Part shown: in pieces, positions 43,420 through 53,577 of the stretch | How positions within the stretch are numbered: the first letter of the stretch is position 1 | Layout: every line of letters begins with the position of its first letter | Assembly (NCBI GenBank): GCA_008363385.1 | Contig: RHKY01000005.1 | Coordinates: 128,518 to 192,517, forward strand | From: Acidobacteriota bacterium | Lineage (GTDB): Bacteria; Acidobacteriota; Thermoanaerobaculia; UBA5066 | Direction: 5' to 3' | Length of the DNA stretch: 64,000 nt | Translations under genes and position numbers: made by a program | The notes under the pieces: model-generated | What the model saw: the letters and a program-made list of their open reading frames with translations, nothing else | Told to the model about the DNA's origin: nothing | Databases searched by the model: none

Positions 43420-44631
43420 TCAGCCCTTCCCGGCGGAGGGGAGGAAGAGCGCGGCCACGCACCCGCCCCCTTCGCGGGGGCGGAGCAGGACGTCGCCGTT
43501 CCCGGCGCGGGCGAGCGACCGGACGATCGGCAGGCCCAGCCCCGTCCCGTCGGCGCGCGTCGTGACGTACGGGTCGAAGGCCTTCTCGGCGTCGACCGAG
43601 AGGCCCGGACCGCGGTCGCACACCTCCACGACCGCGAGGTCCCCCTCGCGGCGGAGATCGACCAGGAGCTCTCCCTCCGGGTCGAAGGCCCGGGCGTTGG
43701 CGAGGAGCTCCTCGAGGACCGACGTCACGTGCTCGCGGTCGGCCTCCGCCTCGACGGGGGCGGGCGAGACGAGGCGGACGGGCGCGTACGCCGGGACGAT
43801 CCCGGAGGCGAGCGCCGAGAGGTCCAGCCGCTCCGGCTGCGCCTCCGGGGGCCGGGCGAAGGCGAGGAGGCGCGAGACGAGCCGCTCGATCCTCTCGCTC
43901 GCCTCGACGATCCGGGAGGCCCGCTCCCGCTCCGGCCCCGTCGTGGCGGATGCGAGGAGCTGTGCCGTCCCCTTGATGGCGCCGAGCGGGTTCCGGATCC
44001 GGTGGGCCAGGCCCGCCCCCGCCAGCGCCACGGCGTCGAGCCGTTGCCTCTCGGCCTCGAGCGCGAGCCTCCTCTGGCGCTCGGACAGGCCGCGCGCGGC
44101 GAGAAAGGCCAGGACGAGGAGCCCCGCGGCCGACGCCCCCGCGCCCAGGACGAGGAGACGCGGCAGGACGCGCGTCCGCCCGAGCGCCTCGGCCGGCGTC
44201 AGCGAGAGGCGCATCCGCGGCCCTCCCGGCCCGGGGCCGAACGGCCCCTGACCCGGACCGCCCCCCATGCCGCCCCCCAGCCCCCGCCACTCGCGGCCGA
44301 GGGCGACCGGCAGGACGACCGCCCCCTCCCCGGTCGAGCCGCACGAGAAGAGGACGCCCGACGGCCCCGAGAGCTCGACCCCCGAGACCTCGGATCCTCG
44401 CTCCGCGCAGGCCGCCGCGAGGACCTCGCGGGCGCCCGCGGGCCCCGCCTCCCGGAGCGCGCCTTCCAGCTCGTGCCCGAGGGAGAGGAGGACACCCTCC
44501 CGCACCGCCGCGTCGCGGGCCGTCAGGGCGCGGGAGGCGACGGCCGAGAGGACCAGGAGCGCCACGCCCGGGACGAGCGCGAGGAGGAGGAGCGGGAGGA
44601 GGAAGGGAGACCTCGGTGTCGGGGGCGGCAC
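43420..44631 (-). CDS. Sensor histidine kinase (two-TM periplasmic sensor, HisKA, HATPase)
   Basis: H-box AHRIRNPL. Gly-rich low-complexity sensor loop. G-box DRGPGL / GTGLGL. Confidence 0.75.
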   Translation of the reverse strand: MPPPTPRSPFLLPLLLLALVPGVALLVLSAVASRALTARDAAVREGVLLSLGHELEGALREAGPAGAREVLAAACAERGSEVSGVELSGPSGVLFSCGSTGEGAVVLPVALGREWRGLGGGMGGGPGQGPFGPGPGGPRMRLSLTPAEALGRTRVLPRLLVLGAGASAAGLLVLAFLAARGLSERQRRLALEAERQRLDAVALAGAGLAHRIRNPLGAIKGTAQLLASATTGPERERASRIVEASERIERLVSRLLAFARPPEAQPERLDLSALASGIVPAYAPVRLVSPAPVEAEADREHVTSVLEELLANARAFDPEGELLVDLRREGDLAVVEVCDRGPGLSVDAEKAFDPYVTTRADGTGLGLPIVRSLARAGNGDVLLRPREGGGCVAALFLPSAGKG

Positions 44632-44686
44632 GGTTTCTCCGCGCGGGATCGTACGTCAGGCGCCCGGGACGGCTACGATCCGCGCG

Positions 44687-45166
44687 GTGGACGCCGCCCT
44701 CTGGGTCGCCGCGATCGCCCTCGTCCTGGCGGGGCTTTTCGGCACGGTCCTGCCGGCCCTGCCGGGCGTGCCGCTCGTCTTCGTCGGCCTCCTCCTCGCC
44801 GCGGCGATCGACGGCTTCTCGAAGGTGGGCGTCCCGACGCTCGTCCTCCTCGGCCTCCTGACGGCCGCGGCGGTCGGGGTCGACCTCGTCGCCTCGTCCT
44901 TCGGCGCGAAGAAGGCGGGGGCGAGCAAGGGGGCCGTCGCCGGGTCGGCGATCGGGGCGGTCGTCGGGCTCTTCTTCGGCCTCCCCGGCCTCCTCGTCGG
45001 CCCGTTCGCCGGCGCCCTCCTGGGCGAGCTCCTCGTGAAGAAGGACTGGAAGCAGGCGGGCAAGGCGGGCCTCGCGACCTGGGTCGGCCTCGCCCTCGGG
45101 ACCGCCGCGAAGGTCGCGCTCGCCTTCGCGATGGTCGGCCTCTTCGTCCTGGCCTACCTCCTCTGA
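44687..45166 (+). CDS. DUF456-family small membrane protein
   Basis: Four hydrophobic helices with a PALPG motif. GTG start inferred. Convergent ~13-nt overlap with gmhA. Confidence 0.45.
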   Translation: MDAALWVAAIALVLAGLFGTVLPALPGVPLVFVGLLLAAAIDGFSKVGVPTLVLLGLLTAAAVGVDLVASSFGAKKAGASKGAVAGSAIGAVVGLFFGLPGLLVGPFAGALLGELLVKKDWKQAGKAGLATWVGLALGTAAKVALAFAMVGLFVLAYLL

Positions 45167-45738
45167 GCGCCGTCCCTTCGCGCCAGCTCCTCGTCGACGT
45201 GCCGGCAGACGACGTGGAGGACGGCGAGGGTCAGCTCCTGGACGTGGGCCGTCTCCGTCGAGGGGAGGACGACGCCGACGTCCCAGCGCGCCGCGGCGTC
45301 CCGCCCTTTCTCGCCCGTGACGAGGACGGTCGCCAGGCCCCGCGCCCGCGCCGCCTCGAGCGCCGCGACGACGTTCGGGCTGGTGCCGGAGGTGGAGAGG
45401 CCGAAGGCGACGTCCCCCGGGGCGCCGAGCGCCTCGACCTGCCGGGCGAAGACGCGCGAGAAGTCGTAGTCGTTGGCGCAGGCGGTCAGGATCGAGGTGT
45501 CGGTCGTCAGCGAGACCGCCGGCAGCGCCCGCCGGTCGTCCCGGTACCTCACGACGAGCTCGGCCGCGAGGTGCTGCGCCTGCGCGGCGCTCCCGCCGTT
45601 GCCGAACGCGAGGACCTTCCTCCCCGAGAGGACCGCGTCGGCCACCAGGCGCGCGGCCGCCTCGACGGACTCCCCCGCCTGTTCCGCCGCGGCCGCGGCG
45701 GAGGCCGCCATCTCCGACAGGTGCGCCTTCCAGAGCAT
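45154..45738 (-). CDS. gmhA: Phosphoheptose isomerase GmhA (SIS domain)
   Basis: SIS-domain motifs (FGNGGSAAQAQH, GLSTSGTSPNVV). 194 aa. ATG located 2 nt downstream of the hldE stop. Confidence 0.8.
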   Translation of the reverse strand: MLWKAHLSEMAASAAAAAEQAGESVEAAARLVADAVLSGRKVLAFGNGGSAAQAQHLAAELVVRYRDDRRALPAVSLTTDTSILTACANDYDFSRVFARQVEALGAPGDVAFGLSTSGTSPNVVAALEAARARGLATVLVTGEKGRDAAARWDVGVVLPSTETAHVQELTLAVLHVVCRHVDEELARRDGAQRR

Positions 45739-45740
45739 CC

Positions 45741-47192
45741 TCACTCCCCCCGGATCCGCTCGACGACGTTCGTCGTGGAGCGGCCCGCAACGAGCGGGAT
45801 CAGGGCCACCTCGCCGCCGTACGACCGGACGAACGGGGCGCCGACGACGGTCGCCTCGGTGTAGTCGCCCCCCTTGACGAGGACCTGCGGGCGGAGCGTC
45901 CGGATGACCTCCTCGGGCGTGTCCTCCCCGAAGACGACGACGAAGTCGACCGCGTCGAGCCCCCCCAGCACCTGCGCCCGGTCCCCCTCGGAGAGGATCG
46001 GCCTCGACGGCCCCTTCAGCCGCCTCACCGACTCGTCGCTGTTGAGGCCGACGACGAGGACGTCCCCGAGCTTCCGCGCCTCGGCCAGGAGCGACACGTG
46101 CCCGGGGTGGAGGAGGTCGAAGCAGCCGTTCGTGAAGACGACCCGCCGGTGGGCGCGCCGGAGCGTGGCCGAGAGCGCGGAGAGGTGCTCCCGCTCGATC
46201 CGCTTGGAGCCGGGGGTGGCGGCGAGCCCCTCGAGGAGGTCGGCCCACCGGACGGGCGTCGTCCCGACGCGCCCGACCGCGCACCCCGCCGCGCGGTTGG
46301 CGACCGTGGCCGCCGTGGCGAGGTCGGTCCCGCTCCCGAGCGCCAGGCCGAGAGTCGCCAGGACGGTGTCCCCGGCGCCGGTCACGTCGAAGACCTCGCG
46401 GGCCTGCGCCGCGATCCTCACCGGGGCGCCTTCCCTCGGCAGGAGGAGCATCCCCTCCTCGGAGAGCTTCACGAGGAGGGCGTCGAGGCCGAGCCGGTCC
46501 CTCAGAGCCGAGCCGATCTCGGCGACGGTGCCGAGGTCCCGCGCCTCGCGGCCCGAGACGGTCTCGAGCTCCTTGCGGTTCGGCGTGACGACCGTGGCGC
46601 CGCGGTACCGGTCGTAGTCGCGCCCCTTGGGGTCGACGAGGGCCGGGACGCCCCGGCGGCGCGCCTCGGAGAGGAGCGTCCCGAGGAGCCGCGGCGTGAG
46701 GGTCCCCTTGGCGTAGTCGGAGACCAGGAGGACGTCCGCCTCCCCGAGCGTGGCGAGCGCGGCCTCGAGGAGGGCCGTCTCCGCGGCCGCCGAGAGGCCC
46801 GCGGCGATCTCCTGGTCGACGCGCAGGAGCTGGCGCCCCTCCGAGACCATCCGCCGCTTCACGGGGGTCGTCCGGAGCGGGTCGACGACGACGCTCCCGC
46901 CCCCGTGCGGCAGCGTCGTCAGCCGCCGCGCGAGCCACGCCCCCTCCTCCTCGGGGCCGACGGCCCCGAGCGCGAGCGTCCGGGCGCCGAGAGCCGAGAG
47001 GTTCTCGACGACGTTCCCCGCCCCGCCCGCCCGCCGGCTCATCGCCGAGAGGGACAGGAGCGGCACCGGCGCCTCGGGGGCGACCCGGAGGACCTCGCCC
47101 GTCCAGGTCTCGTCGAGCATCAGGTCGCCGACGACGGCCACGGTCACGTTCGGCGCGGCGGCGGCCAGCTCGGTGATCTCGCGCGGCGTCAC
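45741..47192 (-). CDS. hldE: Bifunctional D-β-D-heptose 7-phosphate kinase / heptose 1-phosphate adenylyltransferase HldE (RfaE)
   Basis: N-terminal pfkB kinase (GAGDT). C-terminal cytidylyltransferase (FTNGCFDLLHPGH). GTG start overlaps the upstream gene's stop. The upstream part of the ORF up to 47723 is low-complexity. Confidence 0.8.
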   Translation of the reverse strand: MTPREITELAAAAPNVTVAVVGDLMLDETWTGEVLRVAPEAPVPLLSLSAMSRRAGGAGNVVENLSALGARTLALGAVGPEEEGAWLARRLTTLPHGGGSVVVDPLRTTPVKRRMVSEGRQLLRVDQEIAAGLSAAAETALLEAALATLGEADVLLVSDYAKGTLTPRLLGTLLSEARRRGVPALVDPKGRDYDRYRGATVVTPNRKELETVSGREARDLGTVAEIGSALRDRLGLDALLVKLSEEGMLLLPREGAPVRIAAQAREVFDVTGAGDTVLATLGLALGSGTDLATAATVANRAAGCAVGRVGTTPVRWADLLEGLAATPGSKRIEREHLSALSATLRRAHRRVVFTNGCFDLLHPGHVSLLAEARKLGDVLVVGLNSDESVRRLKGPSRPILSEGDRAQVLGGLDAVDFVVVFGEDTPEEVIRTLRPQVLVKGGDYTEATVVGAPFVRSYGGEVALIPLVAGRSTTNVVERIRGE

Positions 47193-48196
47193 GTCCGCTC
47201 CTTCCCCTTCGCGGGCGCGGACGGGTCGGGCGCGTCCGACTCCAGCCCCAGGACGAGCGCCTGGGCGATGAGCGGGAGCGTCAGCTCGTGGTGGCCGGTG
47301 ATGGCGAACGACTGCCCGCCGGCCATCACGGGGCGCTTCAGGACGTTCTCGTGCGGGCGGTAGTGCCGGATCATGTCGAGGTCCACGGTCGTGAAGTCGC
47401 GCACGTCGTGTCCGAGGTTGCGGGCCATGGAAAGGGCCTTCAGGAAGACCTCCGGCAGGATCACGGTCGACCCGGCGTTCACCCAGACGCCCCCGCCCCC
47501 GAGCCGCGCCACGACGTCCCGCGCCAGGAGGAAGTCCCGGTACGACAGCTCGCCCACGAGGGCGCCGTCCATCCCCGGGTGCTGGGCGAGCGTGTCGGTC
47601 CCGACCGCCACGTGGACCGTCAGCGGGATGCCGGCCTCGGCCGCCGCGGCGAAGAGGGAGAGGTCGCGGAAGGGGTACCGGCTCCTCCGGACGTGCTCGC
47701 CGAGGGACCGCCCGTACCCCCACCCCTTCGGCCGCCCGGCCCGGAGCGCCCGGAAGACGCCGACGCCTGTCTCGCGGCTCATCCCGAACTCGCCGTCGAG
47801 GAGGACCGACCCGACGTCCTCGGAGGTCCGGCCGTGGAAGGCGATCTCGAAGTCGTGGATGCCGCTCGCCCCGTTCGTGGCGAGCGCCGTGACGAAACCG
47901 CGCCTCACGAGGTCGATCAGGATCGGGGAGAGGCCCGTCTTCAGGACGTGGGCCCCGAAGGCGAAGACGACCGGCTTGCCGAGCCGCTTCGCCCGGTGGA
48001 TCGCCGCGACCACGCGCCGGATCGACCCCGCGGCGAGGATCTCGGGGAGGCCGTCCCAGAACCGCTTGAAGGAGTCCTCGGGCGACGGCGGCTCGGCGAA
48101 GTCCTCGACGGCGACCTTGAACCTTCGCGTGGCGATCGGGTACGTCGTCACGCGCCCGCGGGCGCTCTTCCCCCGGGGGCGGGAGGGTCGGGGCAT
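47189..48196 (-). CDS. Deoxyhypusine-synthase-like (DHS family) protein, function unknown
   Basis: Segments VVFAFGAHVLKTGLSPILIDLVRRGFVTALATNGAS and ARLGGGGVWVNAGST resemble DHS-family core motifs. Start uncertain: ATG at 48196 chosen, ORF extends to 48502 as low-complexity. Confidence 0.35.
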   Translation of the reverse strand: MPRPSRPRGKSARGRVTTYPIATRRFKVAVEDFAEPPSPEDSFKRFWDGLPEILAAGSIRRVVAAIHRAKRLGKPVVFAFGAHVLKTGLSPILIDLVRRGFVTALATNGASGIHDFEIAFHGRTSEDVGSVLLDGEFGMSRETGVGVFRALRAGRPKGWGYGRSLGEHVRRSRYPFRDLSLFAAAAEAGIPLTVHVAVGTDTLAQHPGMDGALVGELSYRDFLLARDVVARLGGGGVWVNAGSTVILPEVFLKALSMARNLGHDVRDFTTVDLDMIRHYRPHENVLKRPVMAGGQSFAITGHHELTLPLIAQALVLGLESDAPDPSAPAKGKERT

Positions 48197-48246
48197 GCGA
48201 GCGGAGGATGCCCCCGCTCGCCGGTTTCGGGAAGGGCGTCCCCCGC

Positions 48247-48819
48247 TCACCGCGACAGCCGCTCCTCGAGGCGCGCGAGGCCGGCCGGGAGCGAGGGGGC
48301 GAGGATCGTCCCCGGGGCCTCGGCCCGGACCCGCCGGCGGTGCGCCCGCCCGTGCCCCGTCAGGACGTGGACGCGGTGCGCCCCGAGGGAAAGGCCCGCG
48401 CCGACGTCGTCCCACTTGTCCCCCACGACGGCGCACCGGCGCGGGTCGAGGCCGTGCTTCCGGATCGCCCGGCGGTGGAGGAGCGTCCCGGGCTTGCGGC
48501 ACCGGCAGGCGACCGCGTACTCCCGCACGCTCCCCTCGGGGTGGTGGGGGCAGACGAGGAAGCCGGCGACGGGCACCCCGCGACTTGCAAGCCGCCGGGC
48601 CACCTCGGCGTTGACGGCGTCGGCCTGCCGCCGCGTCAGCTTCCCCCGGGCGATGCCCGACTGGTTCGTCACGACGAAGAGGAGCGTTCCCCGCGCGGTG
48701 AAGCGCCGGAGCGCCCCGGCGGCGCCCCGGGTCAGGCGGACGCCGCGGGGGTCGGAGAGGAAGCCCCGCTCGACGATCAGCGTCCCGTCGCGGTCCAGGA
48801 AGAGGGCGTCGAGGCGCCT
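48247..48819 (-). CDS. gmhB: D,D-heptose 1,7-bisphosphate phosphatase GmhB (HAD family)
   Basis: HAD motif I (FLDRDGT). Cys cluster (CPHHPEG...C.CRKP) typical of GmhB. GTG start overlaps the upstream stop. Confidence 0.75.
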   Translation of the reverse strand, partial: RRLDALFLDRDGTLIVERGFLSDPRGVRLTRGAAGALRRFTARGTLLFVVTNQSGIARGKLTRRQADAVNAEVARRLASRGVPVAGFLVCPHHPEGSVREYAVACRCRKPGTLLHRRAIRKHGLDPRRCAVVGDKWDDVGAGLSLGAHRVHVLTGHGRAHRRRVRAEAPGTILAPSLPAGLARLEERLSR

Positions 48820-49349
48820 CACTTGCCGGGCGCGCCGAGCGCCTTCCGGACGGCCGCGGCGAGGGCCGACCCCGTCTGGGCCCCCTGGAGCTTGACGGCG
48901 GGCTTCCCGTCGCGACCGTAGACGAGGGTGTAGGGGAGGCTCCCGTCCCAGGCGGTGTCGACCGCGTCGATGAAGAGCTGCGGGTCGTGGGTCTTGGCCA
49001 GGTAGCAGACGAACGGCACGTTCAGGGACTTCAGGAACTTCGGGACGTCGGTCGTCGCCGTCTTCTTGGTGTCGACGGAGACCAGGACGACCGCCAGCTC
49101 GCTCGACCGGAAGCCCTTCGCCGCGGAGACCAGCTCGGGCATCTCGGCCCGGCACGGCTCGCACCAGGTGGCCCAGAAGTTCACGAGGAGGACCCGACCC
49201 TTCCGTGTCGCGACGATCCGCGACCGGTACTGCTCCGGCTTGATCAGCTTCACCGGCTCGGCGGCCGACTCCCCCGCGGGGACGCCGAGGGCCGCGGCCC
49301 CCAGGACAGCCAGGACCTCCCGGCGCGAGAACCCCCTCGGCGTCTCCAC
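48819..49349 (-). CDS. TlpA-like thiol:disulfide oxidoreductase (thioredoxin fold, membrane-anchored)
   Basis: WATWCEPC active site. N-terminal signal anchor. Start (GTG ~49349) inferred; ORF extends to 49868 as a low-complexity artefact. Confidence 0.65.
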   Translation of the reverse strand: METPRGFSRREVLAVLGAAALGVPAGESAAEPVKLIKPEQYRSRIVATRKGRVLLVNFWATWCEPCRAEMPELVSAAKGFRSSELAVVLVSVDTKKTATTDVPKFLKSLNVPFVCYLAKTHDPQLFIDAVDTAWDGSLPYTLVYGRDGKPAVKLQGAQTGSALAAAVRKALGAPGK

Positions 49350-49474
49350 GGCGGCCAGTCTAGCGCGCGCCCGCGGGCACGGGCCCGAGGAGGCCGGCCC
49401 GCGGCAGCGGGCGCGCCTCCCCGTGGCGGAGGGGTCCGGGGAAACCGCACGGTCCCGGGTTCCCCGGGAACATG

Positions 49475-50071
49475 TCAGACCCTCTTGATCGTGCAGCCGA
49501 AGGCCTTCGTCTCGGCCTTCGGGACGGCCTTGCCGGACAGGATCGCGTCGAGGGCGTTCCTCAGGTCCGGGGAGCGGACCGCCTTCGGGTCGTCCTGGGA
49601 CTCGTCGATGCGGCCGTGGTAGAGGAGCGTCCCCTTCGGGTCGAGGACGAAGACCTCGGGCGTCCGCGTGGCGCCGTAGAGGTCGGCGACCCTGTTCTGG
49701 TCGTCCTTGACGACCGGGAAGCCGAAGCCGTTCTTCCGGGCGTGCTCGGCCACCTCGGCCGCCGGCTCCGTCTTGTTGCTGTTGACCCCGACGAACGCGA
49801 CGCCCCTGCCGGCGTACTCCTTGCCCATCGCGGCCATCCGTTCGTTGTAGTCGTTCGAGACGGGGCACTTCGTCGCGACGAAGAGGACGACGACGGCCTT
49901 GCCGCCCGCAAGGAGCGTCTTCAGGGCGACCGGCTTCCCGTCGGCGGCCGAGGGGAGGGTGAAGTCCGGGGCCGTCGCGCCGACCCCCGGAGGGTCCGCG
50001 AGCCCGGCGGGCGCCGAGAAGGCCAGGACGGCGAGGAGGGCGAGGGCGGCGGTCGACTTCGGGATCTTCAT
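49475..50071 (-). CDS. Secreted redoxin / AhpC-TSA-like thioredoxin-fold protein
   Basis: ATG with RBS GGAGGAAC, overlapping the purL stop (ATGA). Signal peptide. TKCPVS redox motif. Confidence 0.65.
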   Translation of the reverse strand: MKIPKSTAALALLAVLAFSAPAGLADPPGVGATAPDFTLPSAADGKPVALKTLLAGGKAVVVLFVATKCPVSNDYNERMAAMGKEYAGRGVAFVGVNSNKTEPAAEVAEHARKNGFGFPVVKDDQNRVADLYGATRTPEVFVLDPKGTLLYHGRIDESQDDPKAVRSPDLRNALDAILSGKAVPKAETKAFGCTIKRV

Positions 50072-52293
50072 TCCGGTTCCTCCATGAGCGCCGCGAAGGC
50101 GCTGCCGGAGATACGTCGGATCTCCTCGACCGGGATCTCCAGGGCGGGCCGGTGGTCGATCCGGACCCTCAGGAGCCCGTTCGTCACCCGCCCGAGGAGG
50201 GCGGTCGGGACCCCGTGCCGCCGGGCGGCCGAAAGGACCGGCCGCTCCTCGCCCGGCGGGATCGAGACGAGGACCCGCCCGGCCGACTCGGAGAAGAGGG
50301 CGAGAGTCGGCAGGAGAGCGGTCTGGAAGTCGACGTCGGCCCCGAGGGGCTCGGGGCCCTGCGTGGCCTCGGCGAGCGCGACGGCGAGCCCCCCCTCGGA
50401 GAGGTCGTGCGCCGAGGCGAGCCTCCCCTCCGAGGCCAGCTCGACGAGGAGGTCGACCAGGGCCTTGACGGCGAGGAGGTCGAGGACCGGGCAGGCCCCC
50501 CCTTCCTTGCCGAGGACCGTCGAGAGGTAGGCGCTCGCCCCCAGCTCGTCCCGCGTCTCGCCGAAGAGGGCGACCAGGTCGCCGGCGCGGTGGAAGGCGT
50601 ACGGGACGGCCCGCGAGACGTCCTCGAGGAGGCCGACCATCCCGATCGTCGGCGTCGGGAGGATCGACCGGCCGTCGGTCTCGTTGTAGAGCGAGACGTT
50701 CCCGGAGACGACGGGGGTCTCGAGCGCCCGGCAGGCGAGCGAGATCCCCTTCACGGCCGCCGCGAGCTGCCCCAGGACCTCGGGCCGCTCCGGGTTGCCG
50801 AAGTTCAGGCAGTCGGTCACGGCCAGCGGCCGGGCCCCCGTCGAGGCCAGGTTCAGAGCAGCCTCGGCGACGGCGTGCGCGGCCCCCCGCTCCGGGTCCG
50901 CCTGGCAGAACCGGGGGTTCACGTCGGCCGTGACCGCGATCCCCTTGTTCGTCCCCTTCACCCTCAGGACGGCCGCGTCGGCTCCCGGGCCGAAGACCGT
51001 GTCGGTCTGGACGCTCCAGTCGTACTGCTCGGTGATCCAGCGCTTGGAGCAGAGCGAGGGGGAGCCGAGGAGGAGCCGGAGCGCCGCCGCGTCGTCGGGC
51101 GCCCCCGAGACGTCCACGCCCCCCTCTCCGGCCCGCGCCGGGACCGGGAGGACGAAGGGGCGCTCGTAGACCGGCGCGGCGTCCACCAGCGGGGCCACGG
51201 GGAGGTCGGCGACCACCTCGCCGCCGAACAGGAGCTCCATCCGGCCGGTGTCCGTGACGGCGCCGATCACCTCGGCGTCGACCCCCCAGCGCCGGAAGAC
51301 CTCGACGACCTCCGCCTCCCGCCCCGCGTGGGCGACGAGGAGCATCCGCTCCTGCGACTCGGAGAGCATCAGCTCGTAGGGCGTCATCCCCGCCTCGCGC
51401 ATCGGGACCTTCGAGAGGTCGAGGCGCATCCCGACCTCCCCGCGCGCGCACATCTCGAAGCTCGACGACGTGAGGCCCGCGGCGCCCATGTCCTGGATCG
51501 CCACGACTGCGTCCCCCTGGAGGACCTCGAGGACCGCCTCCATCAGGAGCTTCTCGACGAACGGGTCGCCCACCTGGACCGTCGGGCGCCGCTGCGACTT
51601 CTGGTCGTCGAAGACGTCGGAGGCCATCGAGGCCCCGTGGATCCCGTCCCGGCCCGTCTTCGACCCGGCGTACAGGACCGGGTTCCCGACGCCCGAGGCC
51701 TTCGCCCGGAAGATCCGGTCGTGGCGCGCGATCCCGACCGCCAGGACGTTGACGAGGATGTTCTTGTCGTACGCCGGGTGGAAGAACGTCATCCCGCCCA
51801 CGGTCGGGATCCCGATGCAGTTGCCATAGCCCCCGATCCCGCGGACGACCCCGTCGACGAGGGAGTGCATCCGCGGGGCCTTCGGGTCGCCGAAGAAGAG
51901 GGGGTCGAGGAGCGCGATGGGCCGCGCCCCCATCGTGAAGACGTCCCGAAGGATCCCCCCGACGCCCGTGGCCGCCCCCTGGTACGGCTCGATGAACGAG
52001 GGGTGGTTGTGCGACTCCATCTTGAAGACGACCGCCAGCCCGTCGCCGACGTCGACGGCCCCCGCGTTCTCCCCCGGGCCCTGGAGGACGCGCGGCCCCT
52101 TGGTCGGGAAGCCCTTCAGGAACACCTTCGACGACTTGTACGAGCAGTGCTCGCTCCAGAGGGCCGAGAAGATGCCCAGCTCCACGATGTTCGGCTCGCG
52201 CCCCAGCTCCGAGAGGATCCGTTCGTACTCGGAGGGGGTGAGGTTGTGCTCGGCGATCAGCTCAGGCGTGATCTTCGCGGGTGCGGTCCCCAT
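50068..52293 (-). CDS. purL: Phosphoribosylformylglycinamidine synthase subunit PurL
   Basis: N-terminus [26 protein letters not shown] matches the PurL start. AIRS domains. ~741 aa. Confidence 0.9.
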   Translation of the reverse strand: MGTAPAKITPELIAEHNLTPSEYERILSELGREPNIVELGIFSALWSEHCSYKSSKVFLKGFPTKGPRVLQGPGENAGAVDVGDGLAVVFKMESHNHPSFIEPYQGAATGVGGILRDVFTMGARPIALLDPLFFGDPKAPRMHSLVDGVVRGIGGYGNCIGIPTVGGMTFFHPAYDKNILVNVLAVGIARHDRIFRAKASGVGNPVLYAGSKTGRDGIHGASMASDVFDDQKSQRRPTVQVGDPFVEKLLMEAVLEVLQGDAVVAIQDMGAAGLTSSSFEMCARGEVGMRLDLSKVPMREAGMTPYELMLSESQERMLLVAHAGREAEVVEVFRRWGVDAEVIGAVTDTGRMELLFGGEVVADLPVAPLVDAAPVYERPFVLPVPARAGEGGVDVSGAPDDAAALRLLLGSPSLCSKRWITEQYDWSVQTDTVFGPGADAAVLRVKGTNKGIAVTADVNPRFCQADPERGAAHAVAEAALNLASTGARPLAVTDCLNFGNPERPEVLGQLAAAVKGISLACRALETPVVSGNVSLYNETDGRSILPTPTIGMVGLLEDVSRAVPYAFHRAGDLVALFGETRDELGASAYLSTVLGKEGGACPVLDLLAVKALVDLLVELASEGRLASAHDLSEGGLAVALAEATQGPEPLGADVDFQTALLPTLALFSESAGRVLVSIPPGEERPVLSAARRHGVPTALLGRVTNGLLRVRIDHRPALEIPVEEIRRISGSAFAALMEEPE

Positions 52294-52304
52294 GGCGCGC
52301 GAGT

Positions 52305-53390
52305 CTACCTTTCGCCCCCGCCGTCCCGCAGGGCCCGGGCCCGCTCCCTGGCCGGCCGGCCCGTGAACGCCTTCCACCGGAGGCGCTCGGCCCGGGCCGC
52401 CCCGACGCTCTGACGGAGGGCCAGGCTCTCCGCCTCCCGGACGAGCTTGGCCCGCGCCTCGACCCGGGCCGGGTCGATCTCCCCGGACGCCGCCGCCCGG
52501 GCGACGGCGCACCCGGGCTCGCCGTCGTGGGAGCAGTCACGGAAACGGCAACCGCGGGCGAGCCCCTCGATCTCGGGGAAGCCGGCGGCCACCGAAGCCC
52601 CGTCCAGGAGGCCCAGCTCGCGCAGGCCCGGCGTGTCGACGAGGAGGGCTCCGGAGGGGAGGACGAAGAGCTGCCGCGCCGTCGTGGCGTGCCGCCCCCG
52701 GAGGTCCTCCTCGCGGACCGTCCGCGTCGCCTGGCGCTCCTCCCCCAGGAGCCGGTTGACGAGCGTCGACTTCCCCGCTCCCGAGGGGCCGGCCAGGGCG
52801 GCGGTGGAACCCGGGGCGAGGAGCCGGCCGAGCCGGTCGAGCCCCGCGCCGGAAGCGGCGCTGACGGCGATCACCTCGACCCCGCCGAGGAGGGCCGAGA
52901 GCGGGAGGGCCCGCTCCGCCCCGCGCGCGTCGAGGTCGCCCTTCGTCAGGAGGACGACGGGGCGCACGCCCCCCTCGCGGGCCATCGCCAGGTAGCGCTC
53001 CAGGCTCCTCTCGTTCGGCTCTCTTTCCAGGGAAGCGGCCACGAGGAGGACGTCGACGTTGGCGGCCAGGAGCTGGGCCGCGCACCCCTCGCCCGCCGCC
53101 TTCCGCAGGAGGCGCGAGGCGCGCGGGAGGACCGCCTCGACGAGCCCGAAGCCGTCGGAGGGGACGTCCCTGAGGGCGACCCAGTCCCCGACCGCGGGGA
53201 GGTCGGCGGGTTCGCCGGCGGAGTGCCGGAGGCGGCCGGAGAGGTCGGCGAGCCGCTCGCCGTCCCCGGTCAGGACGCGGTAGGTCTCGCGGCTCTCGAA
53301 GGCGACGCGGCCCGGGACGAGGCCGCGAGACGCGTACGGGGCGAAGGACGGTTCCTGGAACGGGCCGAAGCCCAGGTCGGAAAGACGCAC
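52305..53390 (-). CDS. rsgA: Ribosome small-subunit-dependent GTPase RsgA
   Basis: OB-fold N-terminus, circularly permuted GTPase ([14 protein letters not shown]), C-terminal zinc motif [14 protein letters not shown]. Confidence 0.85.
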   Translation of the reverse strand: MRLSDLGFGPFQEPSFAPYASRGLVPGRVAFESRETYRVLTGDGERLADLSGRLRHSAGEPADLPAVGDWVALRDVPSDGFGLVEAVLPRASRLLRKAAGEGCAAQLLAANVDVLLVAASLEREPNERSLERYLAMAREGGVRPVVLLTKGDLDARGAERALPLSALLGGVEVIAVSAASGAGLDRLGRLLAPGSTAALAGPSGAGKSTLVNRLLGEERQATRTVREEDLRGRHATTARQLFVLPSGALLVDTPGLRELGLLDGASVAAGFPEIEGLARGCRFRDCSHDGEPGCAVARAAASGEIDPARVEARAKLVREAESLALRQSVGAARAERLRWKAFTGRPARERARALRDGGGER

Positions 53391-53577
53391 GGGGGGACCT
53401 CCTCGGGGGTGCGGGAAGGCGAACGGAGGCTCAGCGGCGGGCGGTGGGCCCGCTGCGATCGCGAGGGGGAGCGGCCGGGCTACGACGACGACGTTGGCGT
53501 CGCCGCTGTCCGGGCGCCCCGGCCCTCACCGTCCGGCAAGGTCCGTGCGTGTCAGAAGCCAGCTCTCGCGGGCGAGT

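Noticed and set aside
39139-44631. ORFs 39139..41943(+), 43235..45790(−), 43729..45864(+), 42405..43565(+)
   Set aside because: Antisense or alternate frames of the TPP enzyme, the secreted protein, RR/HK and gmhA/hldE.
45154-45167. Convergent overlap of the DUF456 gene end with the gmhA end
   Set aside because: The ~13-nt 3'–3' overlap is common in compact genomes. The DUF456 start is itself uncertain, so it is not treated as significant.
53391-53577. 188-nt spacer upstream of rsgA as a riboswitch or sRNA
   Set aside because: No recognisable conserved riboswitch motifs (e.g. purine/ZTP/THF) by eye. Retained only as a low-interest note.
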